Below the pieces are notes generated by a model. It was not told the origin of the DNA, did no database searches, and saw nothing but the letters and a program-made list of their open reading frames with translations. From assembly GCA_963713955.1 (NCBI GenBank), contig OY970216.1, positions 8,075 through 72,074 on the forward strand: a stretch of DNA of 64,000 bases, given 5' to 3'. This document shows positions 1 to 9,923 of this stretch, in pieces (the first letter of the stretch is position 1; the number at the start of each line of letters is the position of its first letter). This stretch comes from an uncultured bacterium (lineage in GTDB: Bacteria; Patescibacteriota; Minisyncoccia; UBA6257; GWB1-50-10). The position numbers and the translations under genes were made by a program.

Positions 1-207
1 GCTTCCAATAATTGTATATTTAATTTTACCTGCACCTTCCCTCAGCTGTTTTTTATAAACGCTGGCACCAGATTCAGATGTGTATATAATTTGGGACATA
101 TGATCAAATTTACTCAAATATCTGACTATCTCAACCAATGATCTCTCACCGCCAGAAATATTGGGCGAAGTATGGGAAAGTGCGACGTGATGGATTACGG
201 TTTTCAT
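1..207 (-). CDS. Glycosyltransferase family 4, N-terminal part (runs off the window edge)
   Basis: ATG at 207 overlaps the upstream stop (ATGA). Manual translation MKTVIHHVALSHTSPNISGGERSLVEIVRYL has the GT4 GG-E-R N-terminal motif. Confidence 0.7.
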   Translation of the reverse strand, partial: MKTVIHHVALSHTSPNISGGERSLVEIVRYLSKFDHMSQIIYTSESGASVYKKQLREGAGKIKYTIIGS

Positions 208-1313
208 ATTTTGATCCGTTCTGCGACCTTTTTAAAAATCACTTCCCATTCGTACGTAGATAGTACTTTCTTTTTTTCTGCAATGTTAAAATGAAAACGC
301 AGCAATCTGTCTTCCAATGACTCAGACAATTCCCCGAAGGAGCTGTATATTATGCCGAATTTTTTAAGTTCTTCGGGAATATAAGCCGTACTATTGGTTA
401 TATATGGTAAGTTATAATTTAAATACTCTTTTACTTTAAGGCTATCCCCGTAATATACGTGATCACCGGTATTGCCACCAAAGAAATAGGGTGCGATGCC
501 AAATAATTTTTTTTCGATTTTATCAAGAAAATCTTTGATTTCCTGTTGATTTTTATAACCAAGGTACTTAATTTTATCAGACAAGTTACGTTCTTTTATA
601 ATTTCCCGCAAATTAGCCGACATTTCGCCGCTACCGATAATATATAAGCTGACAGAACAATGATTTTTAATATAAAAATAATTCAAGAAATCAACGATAC
701 CATGTTGTTTAGTAATTGAACCCATATATAAAAAAGCTACCTCTCCGAAACCAGAAAAGTCTTTTTGAAACTCGATCGGTTTAACGCCGTTAGTAATGTT
801 GACGGTATTTTCTTCTTTTAGACCATGGAACTTCTGTCGAGCCATAGCCTGCCGGGGAGATTGGTTGATAGTCAAAATTGAATACTTGCAGGCCAAAGTC
901 TCGGAAAGGAGATAAAGTCCATTGAGGGCCTGGTTTAAAAATCTTTTTCTTGAATAATCAACTCCCCAGAAATAAACATTCCTCTTCAGTTGCTTTTCAA
1001 AAAAGATGAAAGGGGCAACATTAAAACTTCCAAAGGAAATAATTTTATCAATTTGCCTTCCGAGCTTAATCGACACCATCATTGAAACACAAAAGTTCTT
1101 ACAAAGATTCAGTATCTCATTATTGATCTTTTTATATCTTTTCAAAATGGCATCTTGACCACCGGAATAAAAAACTAACTCCGAAAATTTAGAATCGGCA
1201 GAAAAGAAAGGGTGCTTTAGGACAAAAAAACTTTTCTTTTGTTCCTTCAGATAATCGATAAAAAAATCCGTCACTCCTCGACACTCTGTAAAATGAGAAA
1301 CGATTAGCATCAT
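204..1313 (-). CDS. Glycosyltransferase (GT4-like, GT-B fold)
   Basis: Motifs ITNGV, FLYMGSITKQHG, LYIIGSGE, KIKYLGY and SLKVKEYL; lies in a glycosylation operon. Confidence 0.8.
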   Translation of the reverse strand: MMLIVSHFTECRGVTDFFIDYLKEQKKSFFVLKHPFFSADSKFSELVFYSGGQDAILKRYKKINNEILNLCKNFCVSMMVSIKLGRQIDKIISFGSFNVAPFIFFEKQLKRNVYFWGVDYSRKRFLNQALNGLYLLSETLACKYSILTINQSPRQAMARQKFHGLKEENTVNITNGVKPIEFQKDFSGFGEVAFLYMGSITKQHGIVDFLNYFYIKNHCSVSLYIIGSGEMSANLREIIKERNLSDKIKYLGYKNQQEIKDFLDKIEKKLFGIAPYFFGGNTGDHVYYGDSLKVKEYLNYNLPYITNSTAYIPEELKKFGIIYSSFGELSESLEDRLLRFHFNIAEKKKVLSTYEWEVIFKKVAERIKI

Positions 1314-1344
1314 TTTCTTCTTGGGATAGGTTAGATTGACGCGT

Positions 1345-2175
1345 TCACGCTGCTCTGTTTTTACTTATTAAATATCCCACCCCGCCGACGACAAACTCAC
1401 AGGTTTTCATAAAGAGCATTCCAAGGCCGATAGGCGGATTTTTGAAAAGTTTGATAGGGTGAGCGAAAAACAACATATATCGCGCCGGAGTACTAATCTG
1501 CTCTGCCGCAAATACCTCACTTTTATTCGCGTCTTTGTATAGATGAAAGTTTTTTGCATAATAAAATTTCTTTTTAATGGTCTTAGCGAGACTAATCTTC
1601 CCTTCGTTATGGTAAATAAAATTGCTGATCCTAATAATTCTTCCTCCTTTCTTCACCCTCTGTGACAAATCCCAATCCTCGCCACTTATCATCGCCTCGT
1701 TATATCCCCCGCTTTTACTAAAAATCTCCTTTTTAAAAAACCTGGCCGCCTCCATCCAGTCCACTCCCACATAAAAACTTCTCTCTAATTTTTTGCACTT
1801 AGCCCAAAATCCTTCGCCGAACGACTCCTCGGGGATTGCAATGGCCACCGCACGCGAATCGCTCCGTATTTTTTCAACACATTCGAAAACTATCTTCTTG
1901 GATAGTTCCATATCACTGTCAATGAATAATACATATTCCCCACTCGCCTGCGCTGCCCCAAAATTTCTCTGGGCGCTTCTCTCCGGTCCTTCATTAAAAA
2001 CTTTGTCGGTATATTTTTTGGCAATTTCTTTGGTATTGTCGGTACTGTTATTATCAATAACTATCAACTCAGTACTTTCATATGTCTGATTTTCTATGGA
2101 TTTTAAACACGCGTCAAGCGTTCTTGAAGAATTTTTGGTCGGAATGATAACGGAAACCAATGGATTTGTCGTCAT
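1345..2175 (-). CDS. Glycosyltransferase family 2
   Basis: VSVIIPTKN, IVIDNNSTDNT, FIDSD (DxD) and GEDWD; start set at ATG 2175. Confidence 0.9.
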   Translation of the reverse strand: MTTNPLVSVIIPTKNSSRTLDACLKSIENQTYESTELIVIDNNSTDNTKEIAKKYTDKVFNEGPERSAQRNFGAAQASGEYVLFIDSDMELSKKIVFECVEKIRSDSRAVAIAIPEESFGEGFWAKCKKLERSFYVGVDWMEAARFFKKEIFSKSGGYNEAMISGEDWDLSQRVKKGGRIIRISNFIYHNEGKISLAKTIKKKFYYAKNFHLYKDANKSEVFAAEQISTPARYMLFFAHPIKLFKNPPIGLGMLFMKTCEFVVGGVGYLISKNRAA

Positions 2176-2218
2176 ATAACCTGTGAATGTAGACACGTTT
2201 TAAGGTCTCAGTGCCATA

Positions 2219-2947
2219 TTAGGGCAATGGCCTTATTTTCCACTTTTTTAGATATTCTTCCACTTCGTCCCATTTTTCCTTTGTGTCGACGCCTTTTGAA
2301 TAATCGCCAGATTCATAACCATAGAACTTTTCATGATGCCGAAGAAGATTCGGCAGAAGATCCTTCCCTATCTCATAATACAAGTCATCTGGAATATAAG
2401 AAAGTATCCTTTTCTTCAGAATAAATACACCCCGCATACGATGCGCATTCACATATTTCTCAGGATGAGGTTTCGGATGAATGGCAATGAATTCTCCCTT
2501 TTGGCTGATTTCCGCCACATCAGCGTCAGCATAGTTCTCTGTTTTCTGCACGAGCTGTATCCCGACGGCATCTTTCTTTCCATGCCATGCTTTTTCCATT
2601 GCCCTATAATCGACGAGGCTAAAGACGTCTCCATAAATCAAAAAAAAACTCTGGTCAAGATTCTTAAACGCCTTAAGTGCCCCGGCCGTCCCCAAGATCT
2701 CCGGCTCAAAATGATAGTTAATCTTCACGCCCCACGATGCACCATCTCCAAAATAATCTTTGATAACGTCAGGTAAATAGTGGAGGTTGATAAAAAATTC
2801 TTGGATGCCGTATTTTTTAAATTGCAAAATATTCCATTCAAGCATCGGCTTGCTGAGAATCGGGATCATGACTTTCGGCATCGTATCGGTATAGGGCTGC
2901 AGCCGCGTCCCTAATCCAGCGCAAAGGATAACGGCTTGCTTGATCAT
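2219..2947 (-). CDS. Sugar-1-phosphate nucleotidyltransferase (HddC-like heptose-1-P guanylyltransferase)
   Basis: ILCAGLGTRL..T...PK, EPEILGTAGAL and YGD motifs; directly downstream of gmhB/gmhA. Confidence 0.8.
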   Translation of the reverse strand: MIKQAVILCAGLGTRLQPYTDTMPKVMIPILSKPMLEWNILQFKKYGIQEFFINLHYLPDVIKDYFGDGASWGVKINYHFEPEILGTAGALKAFKNLDQSFFLIYGDVFSLVDYRAMEKAWHGKKDAVGIQLVQKTENYADADVAEISQKGEFIAIHPKPHPEKYVNAHRMRGVFILKKRILSYIPDDLYYEIGKDLLPNLLRHHEKFYGYESGDYSKGVDTKEKWDEVEEYLKKWKIRPLP

Positions 2948-3510
2948 CGTTGTTTTTCTCTTTGTATGATTTTTACGGCTCGTCGGAGATCCTGCGCGAT
3001 AAAATTTGGCGTACCTTCATAGTGCCATAGGTCACTGCCGCCATGTCCGGTTCTCACGAGGATCATGCTCACCCCGGCACGATTGCCGGCAAGGACATCC
3101 CGCGTGCTATCGCCCACAAGAAAGCTCCTTTTTAAATCTATGCCGAGATCCTTCGCCGCGGCGAAGATCATACCTGGTGCTGGTTTGCGACAACCGCAAA
3201 CCATCCTATATTTTTTGATGTTCGCCTGCGGATGATGAGGGCAATAGTAGAAAGCATCGATCCGCGCGCCACGGCCAGCAAGGCGCCGGAAGATAAGCTC
3301 ATGCACGGCATCCACGTCGGCAGGCGTCGCCATACCCCGCGCGACAACCGGTTGATTGGTCGCAACAACTACCGCATAGCCAAGATCGTTAATTGTTTTG
3401 ATCGCCTGAACGGCACCCGAAAGTAGACGCACCCCCGAGGGCGAGCAGAGTAACTCGACCTGCTGGATGATCGTTCCGTCCCGGTCCAAAAAGACCGCAG
3501 GACGTTTCAC
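2944..3510 (-). CDS. gmhB: D,D-heptose 1,7-bisphosphate phosphatase (HAD IIIA)
   Basis: AVFLDRDGT, TNQP, YYCPHHP..CGCRKP and VGD..RD; GTG start at 3510 overlaps the gmhA stop. Confidence 0.9.
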   Translation of the reverse strand: MKRPAVFLDRDGTIIQQVELLCSPSGVRLLSGAVQAIKTINDLGYAVVVATNQPVVARGMATPADVDAVHELIFRRLAGRGARIDAFYYCPHHPQANIKKYRMVCGCRKPAPGMIFAAAKDLGIDLKRSFLVGDSTRDVLAGNRAGVSMILVRTGHGGSDLWHYEGTPNFIAQDLRRAVKIIQREKQR

Positions 3511-4115
3511 TTTCCTGTTACGGATTCCCACTTTCCTTTCTGCGTCTGGAATTTTGGATGTGAAACAATGAGATGCCATATGACTGCTTGAAATTCCTCC
3601 GTATGTGGCGTCACGGTTTCCGGACTCACGACCGGCACGATCACACACACATCGGCAACTTGTTTGGTATAGCCACCGTCGCGACCGACGACCCCCATTA
3701 TTTTAGCATGTTTCTTTTTTGCTAATTTTAAGGCTTCCACGATATTCAGGCTGATGTTTTTCTCCGAATCACCGCCGCCGACCGAAAACACCAATACCGC
3801 GTCTCTTTCATTCAAATGACTGCCAATGAGCCAATTGGAAAAGATGGTATGCCATCCATCATCATTCGCCCGGGCCGTAAGCTCAGAAACATTATCAACG
3901 GGCGTATAAGTCTCGATAGCGGTAAGTTTTCGGAAATCGTTCACCGCATGGCTTGCATGCCCCGCACCGCCGCCGATCCCTATGACAAAAAGGCGCCCCT
4001 GTTTCTCGCGGACATCCGCGAGGACGTTGATCATTTGGTTCACCGCGTCATGATCGATCTTTCCCGCGATTTCGCCAACTTCCTTGAAGTACGACGCGAT
4101 ATAATCTTTATACAT
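3507..4115 (-). CDS. gmhA: Phosphoheptose isomerase (SIS domain)
   Basis: GIGGGAGHASHAVNDFRK, TARANDDGW and SVGGG motifs; heptose pathway context. Confidence 0.85.
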   Translation of the reverse strand: MYKDYIASYFKEVGEIAGKIDHDAVNQMINVLADVREKQGRLFVIGIGGGAGHASHAVNDFRKLTAIETYTPVDNVSELTARANDDGWHTIFSNWLIGSHLNERDAVLVFSVGGGDSEKNISLNIVEALKLAKKKHAKIMGVVGRDGGYTKQVADVCVIVPVVSPETVTPHTEEFQAVIWHLIVSHPKFQTQKGKWESVTGK

Positions 4116-4117
4116 AG

Positions 4118-4837
4118 TTATAATTTATATCCTGCCTTTTGTCCGTCATCGTAGAACATCTTCACGGTATCCACCGAAAAATCCTCGAGCGGATAACCGG
4201 CCTTCCCCACCTTCTTCAGGAGGTCCGGTGTCACTGTAATAATGTCCGATCCCGCCTCTTCCGCATGGAAAATGTTCAAGAACTCGCGGGGGCTCGCCCA
4301 CAGAAGTTCAAACTTCGGATATGCCACGAGAAGCGATTTCGCCTCCTTCATTAAAGGAAGCGGATCGACACCCGTATCCGCAATCCTGCCCGCGAAGACG
4401 GAGATGATCGCCGGGATTTCGGGCGAGAGCGACGTGACCGTTCCCCTTACTTGGTCTATGGTAAAAACCGCCGTGACGTTCATTTTCACGCCATCGGTCG
4501 CCAAACGCTTGATGAGACTGTAGGATGGTTCCCGTTTTGTATTGGTGATCGGAATCTTCACATACACATTGTCACCCCATGAAGCGATGAGGCGCGCCTG
4601 TCGCTCCATCTCCCCAAAATCGTCGGAGAACACCTCGAACGATATTGGTCGGTCCTTGATCATGGAAAGGATGTCCTTCGCAAAACCAGCATAATCGGTA
4701 ATGCCCGCCCTACACATCAGAGTCGGATTCGTTGTGAAACCCCTGATATACGGCCGCGTAGCCATATCCAACATGCTCGCTTTTTCCGCGCAGTCAGCAA
4801 ATATTTTTATTCGTAATTCTTCAAATTTCTTAGCCAC
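4118..4837 (-). CDS. tal: Transaldolase (short type)
   Basis: GFTTNPTL, VYVKIP, NVTAVF, SVFAGRIADTG and LWASPRE. Confidence 0.9.
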   Translation of the reverse strand: MAKKFEELRIKIFADCAEKASMLDMATRPYIRGFTTNPTLMCRAGITDYAGFAKDILSMIKDRPISFEVFSDDFGEMERQARLIASWGDNVYVKIPITNTKREPSYSLIKRLATDGVKMNVTAVFTIDQVRGTVTSLSPEIPAIISVFAGRIADTGVDPLPLMKEAKSLLVAYPKFELLWASPREFLNIFHAEEAGSDIITVTPDLLKKVGKAGYPLEDFSVDTVKMFYDDGQKAGYKL

Positions 4838-4865
4838 ATCTTTATTATAATACTCACGGACTATT

Positions 4866-6890
4866 TTAAATATGACTGTTCGGTCTGTAATCCTGTTCTA
4901 TCCTTGACCGTAGATTCAGACCAGTAGAAACGCTGGTAATGATCTTGCCTGACAAAACCGAATAACAGCCGAAACCGTGGCTCGTAACGGTGGTAGGCCG
5001 GGCATCACTCAGGGACGACGAAGATTCAACTGGTAGAGTTATATACATTGAACCGAAATACCGCGCTTGTTTTAATATGGGGAACCATATAAGACATCTC
5101 TCCAGCATCTTCGGCCACTTCGTTTTTACTCCACTTCTCCATTTTTCAAAAGCATGGTTATCAAATCTGGAGACTTTTTTACGCACAGAAAGAGGTACGT
5201 CGCCGAAAGTATATCTATTACCATGCCCAGTCGGAACCAGTGTGGCGAATGGGCCATCCATAATGGTTACCGCGCATTTCTGGGGTCCATCGATATCGAG
5301 CAAAACGAGCTCTTTGAATCTATACTGGAGATCCTTCAATGGAAAGCCTAACCATTGGCAAAAGACATTGTAATCCGCGTATGTTGCGTTTATTACAATG
5401 TCATAGTCGCCGTGACCTTTTTGTCCGTTTTTATTTATCCATTCCAATCTCTTTCGGCCATCGGGCAAAAACTTGGCCGAAGTGACCTCGTGTCCCAAAT
5501 GTACGTTTAATTTAGGCATACCCTTCATCCTTTTTTTGATTAAGGACTTCAAGGCTTCATAATCGTAAATTTGCTCGCCGGTCTTTACTGAAACCGAGAC
5601 GGTGTTTCGATTCAAGAACCCAGCGGGCGGATATCCTTCCGTAAATTTTAACCCCATACTTTTGCAGGTTCTCAAAAATTGTTCTGGTGATGTATATGAA
5701 CCTCGGTTAGGCACACAGTAGTAACTCGGGAAATTACCTACGACAATACTTCGGTAAAAGCTCTCAAAGTTTTTAGTGGCCGACTTTATTTCTTCGATAG
5801 TCTTAAGACTTCTGGGGTAATGAAAACCTTGATGATGGCGATATTGATTAGCATAGGAAGCTTTTTTAAGGATGTCTTCCTCCCGCTCAAAAAGATCAAC
5901 CTCGAATTTTTCTGCTAATATTAAACCTGCAGTTGCCCCAAAAATTCCGCCGCCGATTATGGCCACTTTGGGTTTGTCTTTTTTTATCACGCTTGCCCGC
6001 TCGGCGACACCAGTAACCCTGACGACATCCCGCGCGCCGATGACGATTCTTCCGCCATTAACCTCGTTAATAAAAGTGTGGAGTTCGTCTTCTAGGGGTT
6101 CCGTCCATATTTTGATTATTTTTCGTTTAGAACCGTTCCGATCTTCTGTTGTAACTATAGATAAAGCAAAATCAGCAGTAATTTTGGTCACTAAACCGTT
6201 CTTTTTAGAAACAAATGTTAAGGATCGGATCTTCTCTCCTGCCCGCCACCCAATTGTAAGGTCAACGTTTAAATTCGGAGCATATCGCATTTCGACCCTC
6301 GTTAAACTGTCAGAACCAGCAGAATGAACGACTTCGGGTTCCTTGCCAATTAAAAAATCTAAAATATCAAAAAGGTGTAATTCCTCAAAAGAAGCCTTAT
6401 CTCCCCTCTTATACGTTTCAGAAGGACTGATAAATTGGCCGGAGACCGAGACGATGTGACTGACGTCTAATGTCTTTTTTAAAAATTTGGTCACGGGATG
6501 AAACCTATAAATATGCCCCGCCATGAGAACCTTCTTATTCTTTAATGCCAGATCATAAAGATAATTAGCTTCGCTCGGACTAAATGCCAATGGCTTTTCG
6601 ACAAAAACATGAGCTTGCTTTAAAGCGGCTCTGGCCAAGTTCTGATGTGTCTCCCCTGGCGTGACTATATCGACAGCATCAACCCCAATAAAAAGATCGG
6701 TTCTCACCCCACGATAGACTGGTATAGATAATTCTTTTGACAATTCTTCCTGAGCCCTCCTGCTTTTCACAACCACTCCGACCAATCTTAGAAGTCCGTT
6801 CCTATCCAACTTCTGAAGCACTCTTAGGTGGTTTTCCCCAAACTGGCCCGCCCCTATCAATAGCACCCTAGGAATCAGTTTATTTGACAT
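4866..6890 (-). CDS. Fusion of a Gfo/Idh/MocA NAD-dependent oxidoreductase and an FAD-dependent oxidoreductase
   Basis: N half: IGAGQFG, HVFVEKP, GHIYRFHP. C half: IIGGGIFG, ASYANQYRHHQGFHYPRS, SGKI. Start set at MSNK (6890). Confidence 0.8.
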   Translation of the reverse strand: MSNKLIPRVLLIGAGQFGENHLRVLQKLDRNGLLRLVGVVVKSRRAQEELSKELSIPVYRGVRTDLFIGVDAVDIVTPGETHQNLARAALKQAHVFVEKPLAFSPSEANYLYDLALKNKKVLMAGHIYRFHPVTKFLKKTLDVSHIVSVSGQFISPSETYKRGDKASFEELHLFDILDFLIGKEPEVVHSAGSDSLTRVEMRYAPNLNVDLTIGWRAGEKIRSLTFVSKKNGLVTKITADFALSIVTTEDRNGSKRKIIKIWTEPLEDELHTFINEVNGGRIVIGARDVVRVTGVAERASVIKKDKPKVAIIGGGIFGATAGLILAEKFEVDLFEREEDILKKASYANQYRHHQGFHYPRSLKTIEEIKSATKNFESFYRSIVVGNFPSYYCVPNRGSYTSPEQFLRTCKSMGLKFTEGYPPAGFLNRNTVSVSVKTGEQIYDYEALKSLIKKRMKGMPKLNVHLGHEVTSAKFLPDGRKRLEWINKNGQKGHGDYDIVINATYADYNVFCQWLGFPLKDLQYRFKELVLLDIDGPQKCAVTIMDGPFATLVPTGHGNRYTFGDVPLSVRKKVSRFDNHAFEKWRSGVKTKWPKMLERCLIWFPILKQARYFGSMYITLPVESSSSLSDARPTTVTSHGFGCYSVLSGKIITSVSTGLNLRSRIEQDYRPNSHI

Positions 6891-6912
6891 TAGTAATAAT
6901 ATCTTTGCTATT

Positions 6913-7899
6913 TTAAAAATCAGTGACAACTTTTGATCCCTCAAAATCGAAACGATACCGCATTTCCCTTAAACCAAAATTGCGCATTGTTTCCCTGGTG
7001 TTCTTTTGATCACCGGGAACATAAAAGGTGAAGAATCCTCCACCGCCAGCCCCAGAGATTTTGCCACCCAAGGCACCGCTCTGCAGGGCTGAGGCATATA
7101 TCTTGTCGAATATCGGGTTTGACATCTTTGTTGATATCTTCTTTTTGTATTGCCAGTGTTCATCAAACATCTTGCCGATGGCGTCAATATTGCCGGCCTC
7201 CGCTGCTTCAAGGATCTTATAGCCAAGCTCTTTGATAAAATGCATACTCTCCACCACGTCCTTCTTTTTCTCTTTTACACCGCTTGATTGTTCTTGCAAG
7301 ATTTCGTCGGCACTTCGTGTCTGTCCGGTAAAAAAAACGAGAAGGTTGTTATTGAGATTATCGGCCGTTTCCATGGAGATGTTCGCCTTGCGGATATTCA
7401 CTTTCCCGTTCTTCTCGATATCGAGAACCGTTAGCCCGCCGAATGCAGCCATGTACGGATCTTGTTTTCCGATGGGACGTTTTAAAAGCTCTGCCTCAAT
7501 ATGAAAATCTTCTTCCGCCAGTTGATCAAGCGATACATACTCTCGCCTGAGCGTATGAAGCGTATGTAAAAGACCGACCGTGTAACAGCTTGACGAACCG
7601 AGACCTGTTCCTCCGGGGATATCCGATATGGAGCTAATCTCAATATTCTTTTTTATGCCTAAATATTGCAATACTTTCTTAGCAAGATCGTTTTTTAGTT
7701 CATCCGCACTTTTTACGGTTTCTGCTTTGGAATATTTCAGCCGGACTAAATCGTCCGCAACCGAACGATTTGCATCAATAAACATATACTTATTGATCCC
7801 TGCGGAAAAAATAAAACCGCCGTATTTTTTATAATACGCCGGCAAATCGGTGCCACCGCCACCCAATGTTATTCGGAACGGAGTTCGTGTGACAATCAT
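6913..7899 (-). CDS. hddA: GHMP kinase, D-glycero-alpha-D-manno-heptose-7-phosphate kinase
   Basis: RTPFRITLGGGGTD, PGGTGLGSSS, GKQD and GKISGAGGGG. Confidence 0.85.
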   Translation of the reverse strand: MIVTRTPFRITLGGGGTDLPAYYKKYGGFIFSAGINKYMFIDANRSVADDLVRLKYSKAETVKSADELKNDLAKKVLQYLGIKKNIEISSISDIPGGTGLGSSSCYTVGLLHTLHTLRREYVSLDQLAEEDFHIEAELLKRPIGKQDPYMAAFGGLTVLDIEKNGKVNIRKANISMETADNLNNNLLVFFTGQTRSADEILQEQSSGVKEKKKDVVESMHFIKELGYKILEAAEAGNIDAIGKMFDEHWQYKKKISTKMSNPIFDKIYASALQSGALGGKISGAGGGGFFTFYVPGDQKNTRETMRNFGLREMRYRFDFEGSKVVTDF

Positions 7900-7905
7900 A
7901 TCTCT

Positions 7906-8961
7906 TTATAAATTTATTCTGCTCATAACCTGACTTGTTTCTATTTTACCGATTCCACTATTCAGCCCTTTCGGCACTACTCTCTTCAGATCGTATCGGT
8001 ACCACGGCTTGAAGTTTTCCGGACGCACCAAGGTAACCAAATCCCTATCATAGGGCAGACTCCATTTATCATTCGTCGAAGCCCACAAAGTCACTATTTT
8101 CTTCCCCAAGGCAACGGCCAGGTGGCCGAATCCGTTATCGTTACAGATAAGCATTTCAACTTGGTCCAGAACTCCCAAGGATTGGCCGAAGCTGATATCC
8201 TGTAACAGATGGCAGTTGTCTTTATCGTTTACCAACTGAGACAACCTGCTCCCCAGATCAATCTCGTCGGGACCCACGAAAATGAGTACCTTCTTCTTTT
8301 TTTCGCTTATCAGAAACTTCGCGACCTCGGCATACCTCTCGACCGGCCAGCGCCTAAGAAGCGCCGCCGGGGAATTCGTGGAGCCGGGATGAATTCCGAT
8401 TATGCTCCGGTTCTCCCAGCCCAAGTTTTTCACGTACTCTTTCCCGAATTCCACATCTTCTTTGTCGAGAGACAGATCATATCTTATATTTTCTTTCTTG
8501 ATCTCCGTTTCCCAAGATATCCCTAGAGCCTTCAATAAATTCAAGTTATTAATCACGTTGTGCTCGTTCTCGTCGACTTCAATCAAGTCGGTATTCAACC
8601 AATGCAATTCGGTGAAGTAGCCGCTCTTGAACCGATGAGCTATCCTCTTTTTCGCTCCAGCCAAGAAGTGAACGAGATGATACTCCCGCCGGTAGCATGG
8701 GAAAGCCAGGATGGAAACGTCGTACTTCTTTTTACGCAACTTGAGTGTTTGCATCAGCCCTTTCAATTTATTCTCGCCGTAAAGCGAGAGTCTATAAATA
8801 TCGTTAATGTTCGGATTGTTTTTAAAAACATATTCCACGCCGCCGAGCATACAGGCCACGTCGATTTCCGCGCCGGGTAGTTTTTCTTTCAAAAGCTTCA
8901 CCATCGGCGTCGCCATCAGGGAATCCCCTATTCCGGGTAGGCAAAAGACCAGAATTTTCAT
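7906..8961 (-). CDS. Glycosyltransferase family 9 (heptosyltransferase-like)
   Basis: GIGDSLMATP, IGIHPGS, RRWP and CNDNGFGHLAVALG. Confidence 0.9.
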   Translation of the reverse strand: MKILVFCLPGIGDSLMATPMVKLLKEKLPGAEIDVACMLGGVEYVFKNNPNINDIYRLSLYGENKLKGLMQTLKLRKKKYDVSILAFPCYRREYHLVHFLAGAKKRIAHRFKSGYFTELHWLNTDLIEVDENEHNVINNLNLLKALGISWETEIKKENIRYDLSLDKEDVEFGKEYVKNLGWENRSIIGIHPGSTNSPAALLRRWPVERYAEVAKFLISEKKKKVLIFVGPDEIDLGSRLSQLVNDKDNCHLLQDISFGQSLGVLDQVEMLICNDNGFGHLAVALGKKIVTLWASTNDKWSLPYDRDLVTLVRPENFKPWYRYDLKRVVPKGLNSGIGKIETSQVMSRINL

Positions 8962-9917
8962 ATATTCTTTTTCCTTCGTATCACGTACATCGGGCGGTTC
9001 TCCACTTCACCATGGATATTGGCAATATAAAGGGCCATAAGCCCGAGACAACTCAGTATGATACCCACAAGGAACAGGATTATCACGGCCAATATGGCCG
9101 GACCCGAAAAACTCAGACTCAAGGGATCACCCAACACGAATCTCTCAACCAGAATAAACAACCCGAAAAGCCCGGAAAGAACGGTTATAAACCCCCCAAG
9201 ATAGCCGCTCACTCTCAAGGGAAACAAGCTGTTAGCCACAAGCGCCGAAAGAGCGAGCTTCACCAATTTCCCCGTCTTATAGCCCGCCTTTCCGGAGCTT
9301 CTCCCGTTGGCTTCAAAATAAACGTAGTCTCTCTTGAAACCCAGCCAGTTCAGGAGTCCCCGCGTCATCCGGAGGCGCTCGGTGAACCTGTTGAACTCGT
9401 CGATCACTTTCCGATCCACGAGGCGGTAATCAGTTTCGCAAGGGATGAGTTTCATGTCGCTGACCCGGTTCATGATTTTGTAAAACAAAAACGAGCCGAA
9501 TTTTTTCACGACCCCCTCGCCCTCATTCTTTTCCCGGATTCCTACGACCATTTCCGCACCGTTCTCCCACTTGGCCACGAACTCCGGGATAAGTTCCACG
9601 GGATGCTGGAGATCCGCATCCAAGATAATCGCTGCGTCCCCTTTAGCGTAATGGAGGCCGGCGGAAGTCGCTATTTCTTTGCCGAAGTTTCTTGAAAATT
9701 CCAGGTACTTGATTCCTTTGTTACCGGCAACCATCCTCTCTATCAATTCTGCGCTCCCGTCATTACTCCCGTCATTCACGAAAATGATCTCATAGCCATA
9801 TTTGTCTTCCAGTTTTTCCCAGACTTTCGCGAAAGCGTCACAAAGCGAGGGGATATTCTCTTCCTCGTTGTAAACGGGAAATATGACGGAAATGAGTTTT
9901 TTGCGGCTCCCCCTCAT
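8958..9917 (-). CDS. Polyprenol-phosphate glycosyltransferase (GT2, GtrB/ArnC-like)
   Basis: PVYNEEENI, FSRNFGKE, DADLQHP, two C-terminal TM helices and RPMY. Confidence 0.9.
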   Translation of the reverse strand: MRGSRKKLISVIFPVYNEEENIPSLCDAFAKVWEKLEDKYGYEIIFVNDGSNDGSAELIERMVAGNKGIKYLEFSRNFGKEIATSAGLHYAKGDAAIILDADLQHPVELIPEFVAKWENGAEMVVGIREKNEGEGVVKKFGSFLFYKIMNRVSDMKLIPCETDYRLVDRKVIDEFNRFTERLRMTRGLLNWLGFKRDYVYFEANGRSSGKAGYKTGKLVKLALSALVANSLFPLRVSGYLGGFITVLSGLFGLFILVERFVLGDPLSLSFSGPAILAVIILFLVGIILSCLGLMALYIANIHGEVENRPMYVIRRKKNI

Positions 9918-9923
9918 ACATAA

